Shown: piece by piece, positions 9,961 to 18,977 of the stretch
Position numbering within the stretch: the stretch's first letter is position 1
Layout of the letters: each line of letters starts with the position of its first letter
Source of the DNA: a virus
Length of the DNA stretch: 64,000 bases
IMG/VR virus record: IMGVR_UViG_3300033182_000769
Coordinates: 96,010 to 160,009 of that record
Strand: one strand, 5' to 3'
Made by a program: the position numbers and the translations under genes
The notes under the pieces: generated by a model
Database searches by the model: none
The model's input: only the letters and a program-made list of their open reading frames with translations
What the model was told of the DNA's origin: nothing

Positions 9961-10551
9961 TTATAATCTTCCTACTGATTCCTTTGTTATTAAATCTACA
10001 TTTAATATAGTTCTAACGCCGTTAGTTGGCCGACTGCTACTATGATAGTGTTTTCCATTAAAAATTACACATCTTCCTTTTTTAGGTTTGATTGTTTTTT
10101 TAATTGTATAATTATCTGATTTTTCTGTTTCGTTATAAATGATAGTATCTCCGTCAGTATCTGTTAGATAATATAAAACAACAGTGTGTCCAATAGGCAA
10201 ATCTACGTGAGGATTGTTAACTCTATCATCGTCACTTCCTCTAACTGGAAACTGCAAAAATGCTCGCATCCGTAACATTGTTTCAACTTCGTCGTCAATA
10301 TGTTCTAATGCTCTGTACACTATTGGTAAGATATTAAAAAAATCAGGGTGTACACTATCAGGCTTATTTTGTCTATCAAAAATTAACTTAGCGAACCCGT
10401 AGTGATTAACTCTTTTTTCACTTTCCTGTCCGTCGTCAAATGTAATATCTTTTTGAAAATACCATTCGGTATCTCCTCTCATAAAATACCAAGTAATAAA
10501 ATCTTGATGCTGCTTAGGTAATAAATCGTCAATAATTACAATATCATCCAT
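9961..10551 (-). CDS. 2OG-Fe(II) oxygenase
   Basis: PHVD, LYYLTDTDGDT, YHSSS..R. Confidence 0.8.
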   Translation of the reverse strand: MDDIVIIDDLLPKQHQDFITWYFMRGDTEWYFQKDITFDDGQESEKRVNHYGFAKLIFDRQNKPDSVHPDFFNILPIVYRALEHIDDEVETMLRMRAFLQFPVRGSDDDRVNNPHVDLPIGHTVVLYYLTDTDGDTIIYNETEKSDNYTIKKTIKPKKGRCVIFNGKHYHSSSRPTNGVRTILNVDLITKESVGRL

Positions 10552-11143
10552 CGACAAATTCACCTAAAAGATTAAAATTGATAATACATCGTAACCCATC
10601 TTGTGGCTGCTCTGCTGTATGATAAACATCTCCATCAAACACTACACATTTATTTTTTTGTGGAGTAACTCGGATCATTTCTTCAAAATCTTCAGCCTCT
10701 AAATCAAACCGTGCTTCGCCTTCTCTTATATGATCAACTAAAATAGTATCACCGTCCGAGTCCATTACGTAATATAACACAACTAAATGTGTGTATGGTT
10801 GATCTGTGTGTAACGCATCAACTTTGGTATTTGTAAAGTTTTCGTGTAATGGCATCTGTAAAAAAGACCGTGCTTTTTGAATATTATGGTATTTGTAATT
10901 TATCTTCTTACAGGCCTCATCAATAATAGGTCTTACTAACTCTAAAAAATCGTCATCATTTTTGTTCCACTCGGTATTCACAAAAACGTGCCCGACTGCC
11001 GGTGTGGCTCTTTCATTAGACCCTGTTCCGTAAGTAATGTCCGTGATCAAGTGCCATGGCGCATTATGGAGTAAAACGTCCTCGATTTCATCGGCAACGT
11101 TTTGATCCAGCAAGTTTTCAATAATCGTTGGTTTTATAATCAT
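10544..11143 (-). CDS. 2OG-Fe(II) oxygenase
   Basis: LHTD, LYYVMDSDGDT, YHTA..R. Confidence 0.8.
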   Translation of the reverse strand: MIIKPTIIENLLDQNVADEIEDVLLHNAPWHLITDITYGTGSNERATPAVGHVFVNTEWNKNDDDFLELVRPIIDEACKKINYKYHNIQKARSFLQMPLHENFTNTKVDALHTDQPYTHLVVLYYVMDSDGDTILVDHIREGEARFDLEAEDFEEMIRVTPQKNKCVVFDGDVYHTAEQPQDGLRCIINFNLLGEFVDG

Positions 11144-11238
11144 TATTTTACACGTACTCTTAACAAGGTATTTAGTGAGCATTTTTGCAGGTCTAAGAAA
11201 TATTGATAAATATAAAAAAGAATTTAGGATTTAAATCT

Positions 11239-13320
11239 ATGGCACTTCCACAGACGTTAACAAATTTACGAATTATCCCAAGAGAGGGTAGTTTTCTTGA
11301 TCGAAAAGTAGGATCACGAGGCGAGATTTTTTACGATCAAGATACAAATACATTAAGACTTTACGATAGCATTGTTAAAGGCGGATTTCCTATTGTTACG
11401 AAATCAAACCTTATTAGAGATCTTGAAAGTGAGAACGTTGCTAACGTAAAATATACTGTAGTAATTGTTAACAATGGTGAAGGAAACAAATATGTTCTTA
11501 ATAACGAATATTGGCCAGAATTAACATTTGTTGTAGGCTATACTTACACATTTATTCAAGACAATCCTACAAACGTTTATTATCCTAATCCTAATGGAAC
11601 TACTAATAATCAACATCCTTTAAACTTTAGTGCTGACCAGTTAAATGGTGAATTAGAGGATGGTACAAGTTATCTTGACGGAGTTACATATAGATTAGAC
11701 GGACTTGAAGTAACACAAGCGGATTATTTTAACGGGTTTGAAATTGCAACACAAAGAAGCGTAAGTATTCATGTTACATCATCAACTCCTACTACTCTTT
11801 ATTACTGGTGTCAAAAGCACCTAAATATGGGTCGGCCTATTACTGTTTCAAATCCCGGAACAGGCGGCGGTGTATTGGATTATAACGAACTTGAAAACTT
11901 ACCTACGTTGTTTGATGGAGATTATAACAGTTTAACTAATCTGCCTTCTATTCCAACAAGTATTTTAAACCTTGGAATTAGTGACGGAAGTAACAATCAA
12001 GTATTAACAACAAACGGAAACGGTGTATTTACATTTAAAACCGTAGCCGGTGGCGGTGGTGGTGATATCACTGTTGTTTCAGACGATGGCCAATTTACTA
12101 TATCTGGCGGGACAATGACTGTTGTCGGTGGCACAAACATCGACACTGAAGTCGTAACAGGAAGCGGACAATTAACAATTAATCTAACTCCGTTTGGAAT
12201 AAACTACTTAACTGATGTTGACACTTCAACAACAGCCCCCGAAGCAGGGCAAGTATTAAAATGGGATGGTGCCAAGTGGGCTCCTGCTACTGATGCTACT
12301 GAAGGCGGTGCAGGTCTCGATGCTCAATTCTTAAACGGTCAGCCGGGCCCATATTATTTAAATTATAATAATTTAACAAATACTCCTTCTACATTAACAC
12401 TTGCAAATTTAAGTGTTGGCAATGAACGTGCAGCAGCAGGCGACGGCGGCATTGAGTACGACAACACAACAGGCGTATTTCGATACACTCCGCCGGATCT
12501 GACAAGTTTTGTAACATCGGGCGAATTAGCGCCAGTTGCTTATACTGGGGACTATGCTAATATATCTAACACTCCTACATACGCAACAGTAGCAACATCG
12601 GGTGCTTACGGTGACTTATCCGGCACTCCTACAATTCCAAGTGCGTTAACTGATTTGGGCATTACTGACGGTACTAACGGTCAAGTATTAACAACTAATG
12701 GTGCTGGCGGATTTACATTTACAAGTGTATCATCCGGAGGAAACGCATTTACTACTATTAGCATTTCGGGTGCCGACAGCATTTTAGCAGATTCAAGTTC
12801 AGACACACTAACATTTGCAGCAGGAAGCGGAATTACATTAAGTACTGATGCTAATAACGACACTATTACTATTTCAAGTTCGTCTACCGGCGCTTCAAAC
12901 TTTAGTGGGTTGAGTGATGTTACAACAGCAAACACAACTATTGATAAAGTTTACCTACCGGCAATTACACAATTAGTTGTTGTAAACAATGGTGCTACAT
13001 CTTATAGATTTGATCAATACGGGTCCGCTAACAATCCGTCAATTTATGCTCTAAGTGGAACTACTATTGCGTTTGATATTGACGGCATTGGAGCACACCC
13101 ATTCTTAATTCAAGATGCAATGGGTACTAATTACGATACTGGATTGGTACACGTTACTTCAAACGGTAATGTATCTACTGCGTCAAATGCTCAAGGTAAA
13201 ACATCCGGCACGTTGTATTGGAAGATTCCGGGTGATGTATCGGGAACATACAGATACCAGTGTTCACTGCATCCGGCAATGGTTGGATCTATTTACGTTA
13301 AGAACTTTGGATCTATTTAA
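11239..13320 (+). CDS. Fibre-like virion protein with two cupredoxin-type C-x-x-H-x-x-M motifs
   Basis: Repeats Y-x-x-L-x-N-x-P and DG-x-N-x-QVLTTNG; LYYWCQKHLNMG and YRYQCSLHPAMVG. Confidence 0.7.
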   Translation: MALPQTLTNLRIIPREGSFLDRKVGSRGEIFYDQDTNTLRLYDSIVKGGFPIVTKSNLIRDLESENVANVKYTVVIVNNGEGNKYVLNNEYWPELTFVVGYTYTFIQDNPTNVYYPNPNGTTNNQHPLNFSADQLNGELEDGTSYLDGVTYRLDGLEVTQADYFNGFEIATQRSVSIHVTSSTPTTLYYWCQKHLNMGRPITVSNPGTGGGVLDYNELENLPTLFDGDYNSLTNLPSIPTSILNLGISDGSNNQVLTTNGNGVFTFKTVAGGGGGDITVVSDDGQFTISGGTMTVVGGTNIDTEVVTGSGQLTINLTPFGINYLTDVDTSTTAPEAGQVLKWDGAKWAPATDATEGGAGLDAQFLNGQPGPYYLNYNNLTNTPSTLTLANLSVGNERAAAGDGGIEYDNTTGVFRYTPPDLTSFVTSGELAPVAYTGDYANISNTPTYATVATSGAYGDLSGTPTIPSALTDLGITDGTNGQVLTTNGAGGFTFTSVSSGGNAFTTISISGADSILADSSSDTLTFAAGSGITLSTDANNDTITISSSSTGASNFSGLSDVTTANTTIDKVYLPAITQLVVVNNGATSYRFDQYGSANNPSIYALSGTTIAFDIDGIGAHPFLIQDAMGTNYDTGLVHVTSNGNVSTASNAQGKTSGTLYWKIPGDVSGTYRYQCSLHPAMVGSIYVKNFGSI

Positions 13321-13574
13321 AGGTAACTGTGAAGTTTTTCTTCTAAGGATTTTCTTGTATCTAAGATGTCATCCTTTAAATCTGCACCGGCAGTAGGTAG
13401 TTTCTTTTCATAAGCCATTTCAACAATTGATTCGTCCAAACGTTTTACTAAAGCAACTAACTTGCCTAACAGCATTTGTGCATCTTCCTGTTTCTTTCCT
13501 TCCATTTTAGCGATAGCAGCATTAAAGCGATCGTAATCTGCCTGGAACCGTGACGACTTAAATAATTTTTGCAT
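13317..13574 (-). CDS. Hypothetical helical protein
   Basis: ORF coupled to neighbours, plausible composition. Confidence 0.65.
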   Translation of the reverse strand: MQKLFKSSRFQADYDRFNAAIAKMEGKKQEDAQMLLGKLVALVKRLDESIVEMAYEKKLPTAGADLKDDILDTRKSLEEKLHSYL

Positions 13575-13944
13575 TTTCTAACTCCAAAATAGTTTCAATC
13601 TTTGTTCTAATTAGATTGTTATTTAACGTAATTCTTAAACCGGTATGTAAATTTCGTGGAAGATTATTTAGCGTACTCCAGCATATTGTGTCTGATGTAG
13701 TAGTTAAGAATTCGTTATTAACCAAACACACGTATGTTCCGTATTCAAACCCCTCATCATCTGATTTATAAAGCTCAATAGGAACAATTCTTCCTTTTGC
13801 GTAATCGTTAAGTAGTTGTTCTGCATCGTCTAACAAGTTACTTGAACGCTCAAACGTTGGAACTGTCCATTTTTGTTCTTCAAGGACCAATAATACTCGA
13901 GATGTATTTAAAGATAAGAAAAGTAATCCGGCACGTTTTTGCAT
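13558..13944 (-). CDS. Degenerate Nudix-like protein
   Basis: AGLLFL..RVLLV, F.YxTYVCLVxxEF and LPxxLHxG recall phage Nudix proteins; no intact Nudix box. Confidence 0.45.
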   Translation of the reverse strand: MQKRAGLLFLSLNTSRVLLVLEEQKWTVPTFERSSNLLDDAEQLLNDYAKGRIVPIELYKSDDEGFEYGTYVCLVNNEFLTTTSDTICWSTLNNLPRNLHTGLRITLNNNLIRTKIETILELENAKII

Positions 13945-13955
13945 AAACGTACTTA

Positions 13956-15422
13956 TTATCCGTTCAAGTCAAAGCGCCACGAACCGGCTGCGTATTCCCC
14001 TTCAAATGACTTGAGCCATTGGACACCGTCCCATTTATATTGTATTCCTGTTCTTAGGTTTTTAATATATGTAGGAGTAGCAATTGGATCTGCAGGATCA
14101 AACACCTCTGACCAGACAGTGCCAGTCCATTCAACTATTGAATTAGCATAGATCACTGTATCATCGCCGTTAGCATCTTTCCACGCATCCGGACCGTCGT
14201 AACCAGTTTCGCCAACGTTTTTACTAACGTTAACATCATCAAGCATAAGATAGCGTGTTCCTGCGGGTATATTATTAATGCCGTTCCATAAATTTATTGG
14301 ATCAAACTTATAAGGATCTATAATAGCATCAATTGTTGTCAGTGACGATGCAGATCTGTAAATAGAAGGTATTGACGTATTAGTTGGAATAGTATCCTGG
14401 TCAAACGTAACAACCATAACAGACTCGTCTAATGGATTAATAGCAAACGTTCCTACCATTTCAGTTCCATTTGGCTGCATGAAGTAAATCTTACTACTTG
14501 GAGTGTTAGCACCGTACTTCTCAATAACAACATTCCAGTCATGTGGCTTGCCTGTTTTAGCAGGAACTTCTTCGAGATCTACGTCTAAACCTGCATCTGT
14601 ATCGCCAATAATGGTTACATCGTAATCGTATGGCTGACCGTTGTTTGATTTGAATATTAGTACGGGAACACGAGGAGAAATAATCTCTTGTGCTTCGCCA
14701 TCTGCTTCATTATAAATGATCTGATCTATTTCTTTAATATTGCCTTCTTCTGTAAAAATATTAGCAATAATAGTTTGAATAATACCAAGTTTCTTAACTT
14801 TAGCAGGCGGTGATAACCATACAGGCATTTCAAATTCTACAGATGCAATGTCAATGTCTGTGTCTGTTCCTGCAGGTATAGTACGAGAACTAAACTGTAA
14901 GTTTTGTAGATATACTGCACTTAAACTGGTCCAATCGATGTAATTGTCAGTAGTTTGAATTTCCAGTGCTGGATTAAACAATACCAGTATTTGTTCTAAC
15001 AACTGTAATTTTTGATCTGTGTTTGAAGTCCAAATGTCTGCCTTCATACGCATTTTAAATGGAGTAGGCATTAAGCGTTCTACAGTATATCCTGCGCCTT
15101 GTGCACCTGTATATGCAGGGTCGCCTGTTGAGTCAAACTCATAATTTCTTTCACGTATATGCATTTTACTTGTAAAGGTTGCATCGCTTAAACGTGATGC
15201 ATCCAACTCTAAATTAGTAATATAACAAGCAATGCGCGGAACATTAGGAAGTTTGTTTTCGCTGTTTTCACGAATAATGTTTGCAACCTGTCTGGTCATG
15301 TCGCCATACATAACAGGAACACTCGTTTGTGTACCGTCACCCGCTTCGTATTTAAAACCGATAAAGATACGCATAAACTGAGTAACGTACCTTCTTACTT
15401 GACCGTCGTAAAAGAAATCCAT
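13956..15422 (-). CDS. Tail sheath stabiliser / tail completion protein (T4 gp15-like)
   Basis: FFYDGQVRRY..F..IF, VPVMYG, QKLQLLEQILVLFNP. Confidence 0.75.
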   Translation of the reverse strand: MDFFYDGQVRRYVTQFMRIFIGFKYEAGDGTQTSVPVMYGDMTRQVANIIRENSENKLPNVPRIACYITNLELDASRLSDATFTSKMHIRERNYEFDSTGDPAYTGAQGAGYTVERLMPTPFKMRMKADIWTSNTDQKLQLLEQILVLFNPALEIQTTDNYIDWTSLSAVYLQNLQFSSRTIPAGTDTDIDIASVEFEMPVWLSPPAKVKKLGIIQTIIANIFTEEGNIKEIDQIIYNEADGEAQEIISPRVPVLIFKSNNGQPYDYDVTIIGDTDAGLDVDLEEVPAKTGKPHDWNVVIEKYGANTPSSKIYFMQPNGTEMVGTFAINPLDESVMVVTFDQDTIPTNTSIPSIYRSASSLTTIDAIIDPYKFDPINLWNGINNIPAGTRYLMLDDVNVSKNVGETGYDGPDAWKDANGDDTVIYANSIVEWTGTVWSEVFDPADPIATPTYIKNLRTGIQYKWDGVQWLKSFEGEYAAGSWRFDLNG

Positions 15423-15574
15423 TATTTTTCCTGCTTGCTCGCTGTTCTATATTGTTTTAACTTATCCTGCACCTTTTGATTTAAATTCTTATCATCTTTT
15501 GCAGGAGGACGCTTCTTAACTGTATGCGTCTTAGGACGCTTGGTAGCAAAACCAAATATCTCATCTATACGCAT
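15422..15574 (-). CDS. Small basic protein, 50 aa (MRIDEIFGFATKRPK...), absent from ORF track
   Basis: Exactly fills the gap, with TAATG stop/start overlaps on both sides. Confidence 0.65.
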   Translation of the reverse strand: MRIDEIFGFATKRPKTHTVKKRPPAKDDKNLNQKVQDKLKQYRTASKQEK

Positions 15575-16953
15575 TACTCGTCTGCCTCTGGACGCAATGC
15601 CTTATGTAAACTTTGCTTCTCTTTAACTTGCTTACCGTTAATATTATTAACCTTGTCGTTATTAATAAATGAAGTTTTCTGAGTTTGTCTTTCGTCCTTA
15701 TCTTCAAATGGTGCACCAGTTGCAACATCGTCACCGCCTAAGTTACTCATAGTCATTCTTATGTTATCTTCTATTTTAACCCATCGAGTTCCGTCAAATC
15801 TAAACAATCTATTTGGCATATAATCTGTTCTTAAACAATATTGTCCTTGTATTGCATTTAATGGATAAGCGATACCTTGCGTAAATGGAGCACCGTTTGA
15901 CGGTAGCCCATCCCCTACGATGTAGCCCGGATATGCATTACCTTCCGGAGTTTGGTATGCTGTATCTGCTGTGATAGCCATATACACTTCATTGCCTTGA
16001 TCGTCATATAGTGTATTGCCATCTTCATCTGTTGACGGAATTAATAAATCGTCGCTATCTGCTGTAACAAGTTGTGCTTTACCGTTTTCATCTGGTTGTA
16101 ATGTGTAGAACATTGTTGTATCAAAACCAGACTTAGGAGCATCTTCCTCTGCTTGATCAAGAACTGCTTGTGTAATCTGCATTTCTTTTTCGTATGTTGA
16201 CATTATATCGCGTAACGAATCAGCAATACGATAGTATTCGTCATTGGGCGGAGTAATACCTGTAACTTGTTTTATAACAGTATATTTGATGCCATCATAC
16301 TCAATAACATCATTAGGGAAGTATGTACTTTGTACGTTCCACGCACCTTTATAATTCTCTGTATCTGCAATCCCATCAAGTATTTGTTTGAACTCTTGAG
16401 AGTCTACTAAAGGAACACATTTAGCACGATACAGATGCGGGTACCAAGTTACACTAAAACCTTCTGCTGCACGATTTACTTCTTCTACAACATAGAATCG
16501 TTTTAATGCAAACTGTAAATCATTAAGAGCATATTCGTCTTTTAAGTGAGGCAATTCAATTACATCTCCTGACATAATTTTTCTGCCTAATTTTTCTACT
16601 GTATCGTTGATGTGGAAAGTAATAAAAATAGTGTCGTTTTGTAAAAACAGGCCAAATTGACTAAGATTAAAGTCAATGTCTTGTATATGGTACACACCTC
16701 TCAATATGTACACGTCAGGATCATATTTTCGATCTCTGTTTTCTAAAAACAGCATATCTTGAATATTAAATGGGTTATCACCGCCGGTATATTCTGGTGT
16801 GCTTGGAGTATTTCCCTGCGCAGCAGAATCCGGCCCAATATACTTGTGAACTAACACATCGACACCACCGACCTGGAACATTTCCCAGGCAGTTCTGTCC
16901 ATAAATTTAAAATCGTTGCCCTTTTCAGGACGGTATAAACTCAGTCTCGGCAT
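15574..16953 (-). CDS. Neck / head-closure protein (T4 gp14-like)
   Basis: IQDMLFLENRDRKY, LSQFGLFL..D, GDVIELPH; divergent from the gp13-like gene. Confidence 0.7.
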   Translation of the reverse strand: MPRLSLYRPEKGNDFKFMDRTAWEMFQVGGVDVLVHKYIGPDSAAQGNTPSTPEYTGGDNPFNIQDMLFLENRDRKYDPDVYILRGVYHIQDIDFNLSQFGLFLQNDTIFITFHINDTVEKLGRKIMSGDVIELPHLKDEYALNDLQFALKRFYVVEEVNRAAEGFSVTWYPHLYRAKCVPLVDSQEFKQILDGIADTENYKGAWNVQSTYFPNDVIEYDGIKYTVIKQVTGITPPNDEYYRIADSLRDIMSTYEKEMQITQAVLDQAEEDAPKSGFDTTMFYTLQPDENGKAQLVTADSDDLLIPSTDEDGNTLYDDQGNEVYMAITADTAYQTPEGNAYPGYIVGDGLPSNGAPFTQGIAYPLNAIQGQYCLRTDYMPNRLFRFDGTRWVKIEDNIRMTMSNLGGDDVATGAPFEDKDERQTQKTSFINNDKVNNINGKQVKEKQSLHKALRPEADE

Positions 16954-16997
16954 AGTACTTGTATTTACCGTTTCTTGCACAAGGCATAAATAGTTAT

Positions 16998-17756
16998 ATG
17001 AGTAATATTGATACTGCCAAGCAAGAAGTTTTTGATTACTGTCGCACTATGTTAGGCGACGGAATGATCGATGTTGAGCTTGATCCTGAACATTACGAAG
17101 CAGCATTAAAACGCTCTTTAGGAGTATTCCGTCAAAGATCAGAAAATTCTGTAGAAGAGAGTTTTGCGTTTTTAACATTAGAACCTGATCGTAATGAATA
17201 TATCATGCCTAAAGAAATTCAAACCGTTAGACAAGTTTTCCGTCGTAGCGTTGGATCAAGAACAGGTGGAGGCCAGGGCGGCACAGTATTTGAACCTTTC
17301 AACTTAGCATATACAAATACGTACCTATTAAGTTCAACTAATATGGGCGGTCTTGCTACATACGAACTATTTGCTCAATATCAAGAACTTGTAGGAAAGA
17401 TGTTTGGTTCGTTTATTAATTTTGTGTGGAACCCACAAAGTAAAAAATTAGTTATTCAACAACGTCCAAGAGCAACGGAACAAGTTATGCTTCATGTTTA
17501 TAATGAAAAGCCTGATTTTGCTATTCTTGATGATGTGTATTCCGGACAGTGGATTAGAGATTATACCCTTGCAAATTGCAAAGTAATGTTAGGTCAAGCA
17601 CGTGAAAAGTTTGCAAGTATCGCAGGCCCACAAGGTGGTACTGCTCTAAACGGTACAAGCATGAAACAAGAAGGTCAAGCAGACATCGAAAGACTCACTA
17701 TAGAATTAACCACGCAAGTTCCGGGCGGCAGCGGCTATGGATGGTTAATAGGCTAA
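16998..17756 (+). CDS. Neck / head-tail adaptor protein (T4 gp13-like)
   Basis: LGDGMIDVEL, WIRDYTLA..K..LG..R.KF..IAGPQGG..LNG. Confidence 0.8.
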   Translation: MSNIDTAKQEVFDYCRTMLGDGMIDVELDPEHYEAALKRSLGVFRQRSENSVEESFAFLTLEPDRNEYIMPKEIQTVRQVFRRSVGSRTGGGQGGTVFEPFNLAYTNTYLLSSTNMGGLATYELFAQYQELVGKMFGSFINFVWNPQSKKLVIQQRPRATEQVMLHVYNEKPDFAILDDVYSGQWIRDYTLANCKVMLGQAREKFASIAGPQGGTALNGTSMKQEGQADIERLTIELTTQVPGGSGYGWLIG

Positions 17757-18235
17757 TGAGATTTGACGAATTTAAAATTGACGAAGTGGTTACTCGTGTT
17801 GAGTTTGCAGATGGCCAGAAGAAATTCTTGCGCACATACGGCAAAATGAGCAACGACGAAATTATCGCTTACTTTAAAAAGATGGGCAAGGAAGTAGTTT
17901 GTATTCAAGGTGATTGCGATCTAAATGATGAATACTACAACGAAACTGCTAAAATGGTTTGGGGTGTAGGCAAGCATAATGCTCGTAGCGGCCAAACAAA
18001 ACTCCGCTTCCGTTGCTCAGCAGGACCACGCAGCGGCAGACAGGTGAGCCATCCTTCAAAATGTGTTCAACAGTATGACTTCGCTAAGTCACAACAAATG
18101 AAACGCACCCGTGCAAGAACAGCACCTACACAAGCAAGACGCCAAAAGCGTACCAAAGCAATCAATACAGCAAGCACACTTGCTCGTAAAATGAATAATC
18201 CAGGAAAGGTTATTCGTCCAAAACCTTGGTATTAA
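17756..18235 (+). CDS. Hypothetical protein with basic C-terminus, possible head-internal protein
   Basis: TAATG coupling; starts MRFDEFKIDE; RCSAGPRSGRQVSHPSKC. Confidence 0.6.
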   Translation: MRFDEFKIDEVVTRVEFADGQKKFLRTYGKMSNDEIIAYFKKMGKEVVCIQGDCDLNDEYYNETAKMVWGVGKHNARSGQTKLRFRCSAGPRSGRQVSHPSKCVQQYDFAKSQQMKRTRARTAPTQARRQKRTKAINTASTLARKMNNPGKVIRPKPWY

Positions 18236-18238
18236 AGG

Positions 18239-18266
18239 TTGACTTTCAAAATCAATATGTTATAAT
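18239..18266 (+). promoter_or_regulatory. Sigma70-type promoter
   Basis: TTGACT-16-TATAAT with extended TGn; AAGGAG RBS downstream. Confidence 0.7.
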
Positions 18267-18289
18267 ATAGTTCTATTAAGGAGTATATT

Positions 18290-18529
18290 GTGGCAAAGAA
18301 AGAAGTAAGCGACGGCTCAACCGCTAACTATTATGAATTACCTAAAGATGCTAAAGAACTACAGCATCTAATTTCCTATAAAAACATGAACGGACAGATG
18401 GCCGAGATCTTTCGTGCTGTTTATCGTTACGGACAAGTAGAGCATTCACCAAGATTGCGTGATGCTAAAAAGATCAAATACTATATTGACGCAGAGATTG
18501 AGCGTTTAGAAAAATATGGAGACTGTTAA
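18290..18529 (+). CDS. Small conserved phage protein (DUF3310-like)
   Basis: SDGSTANYYELP...YRYG...RDAKKIKYY; has RBS and promoter. Confidence 0.6.
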   Translation: MAKKEVSDGSTANYYELPKDAKELQHLISYKNMNGQMAEIFRAVYRYGQVEHSPRLRDAKKIKYYIDAEIERLEKYGDC

Positions 18530-18864
18530 AAGTCCGGAAGCAGATCTCCCTGTTTCCAGGTAGTCTCAGTAGTTGATAGAATAACAGCACAATTAGAGCA
18601 TAACGTTTTTAGATTTGACGGCCGGCAGTTATTAAGATTACCGTCAACATGGAACACTTTAAAGACTCCTTTGTGTTGCGATTTATATCCGCACTTGTCA
18701 CAAACATTCTTCTTTTTATAACCTGCACGTTTCCATCTTGGTATACCGTGGTTAGGACCTTTAGTTAAACACGACTCGCACTGACTTCTATAGTAGACTT
18801 TCTTTCCTTTTTTATAGTTCACTGCTCGCGGGCGTTCATTACAGGTCTTACAAAGCGGTCTCAT
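18526..18864 (-). CDS. HNH endonuclease-like Zn-finger protein
   Basis: CxxC pairs; FHVDGNLNNCRPSNLKTLCSNC. Confidence 0.75.
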   Translation of the reverse strand: MRPLCKTCNERPRAVNYKKGKKVYYRSQCESCLTKGPNHGIPRWKRAGYKKKNVCDKCGYKSQHKGVFKVFHVDGNLNNCRPSNLKTLCSNCAVILSTTETTWKQGDLLPDF

Positions 18865-18977
18865 ATTATTATTTACACCTTTTCTGCCCCTTTTTCGTAT
18901 GCTATAACGCCTACTTTTTTGTCTTAACCGCTAAATACACATAGTAACAAAACTACTATTACCAGGAGATTAAAGGT

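Noticed and set aside
18526-18864. HNH gene as a mobile homing element
   Set aside because: It is free-standing with its own late motif, interrupts no gene, and has no flanking duplication.
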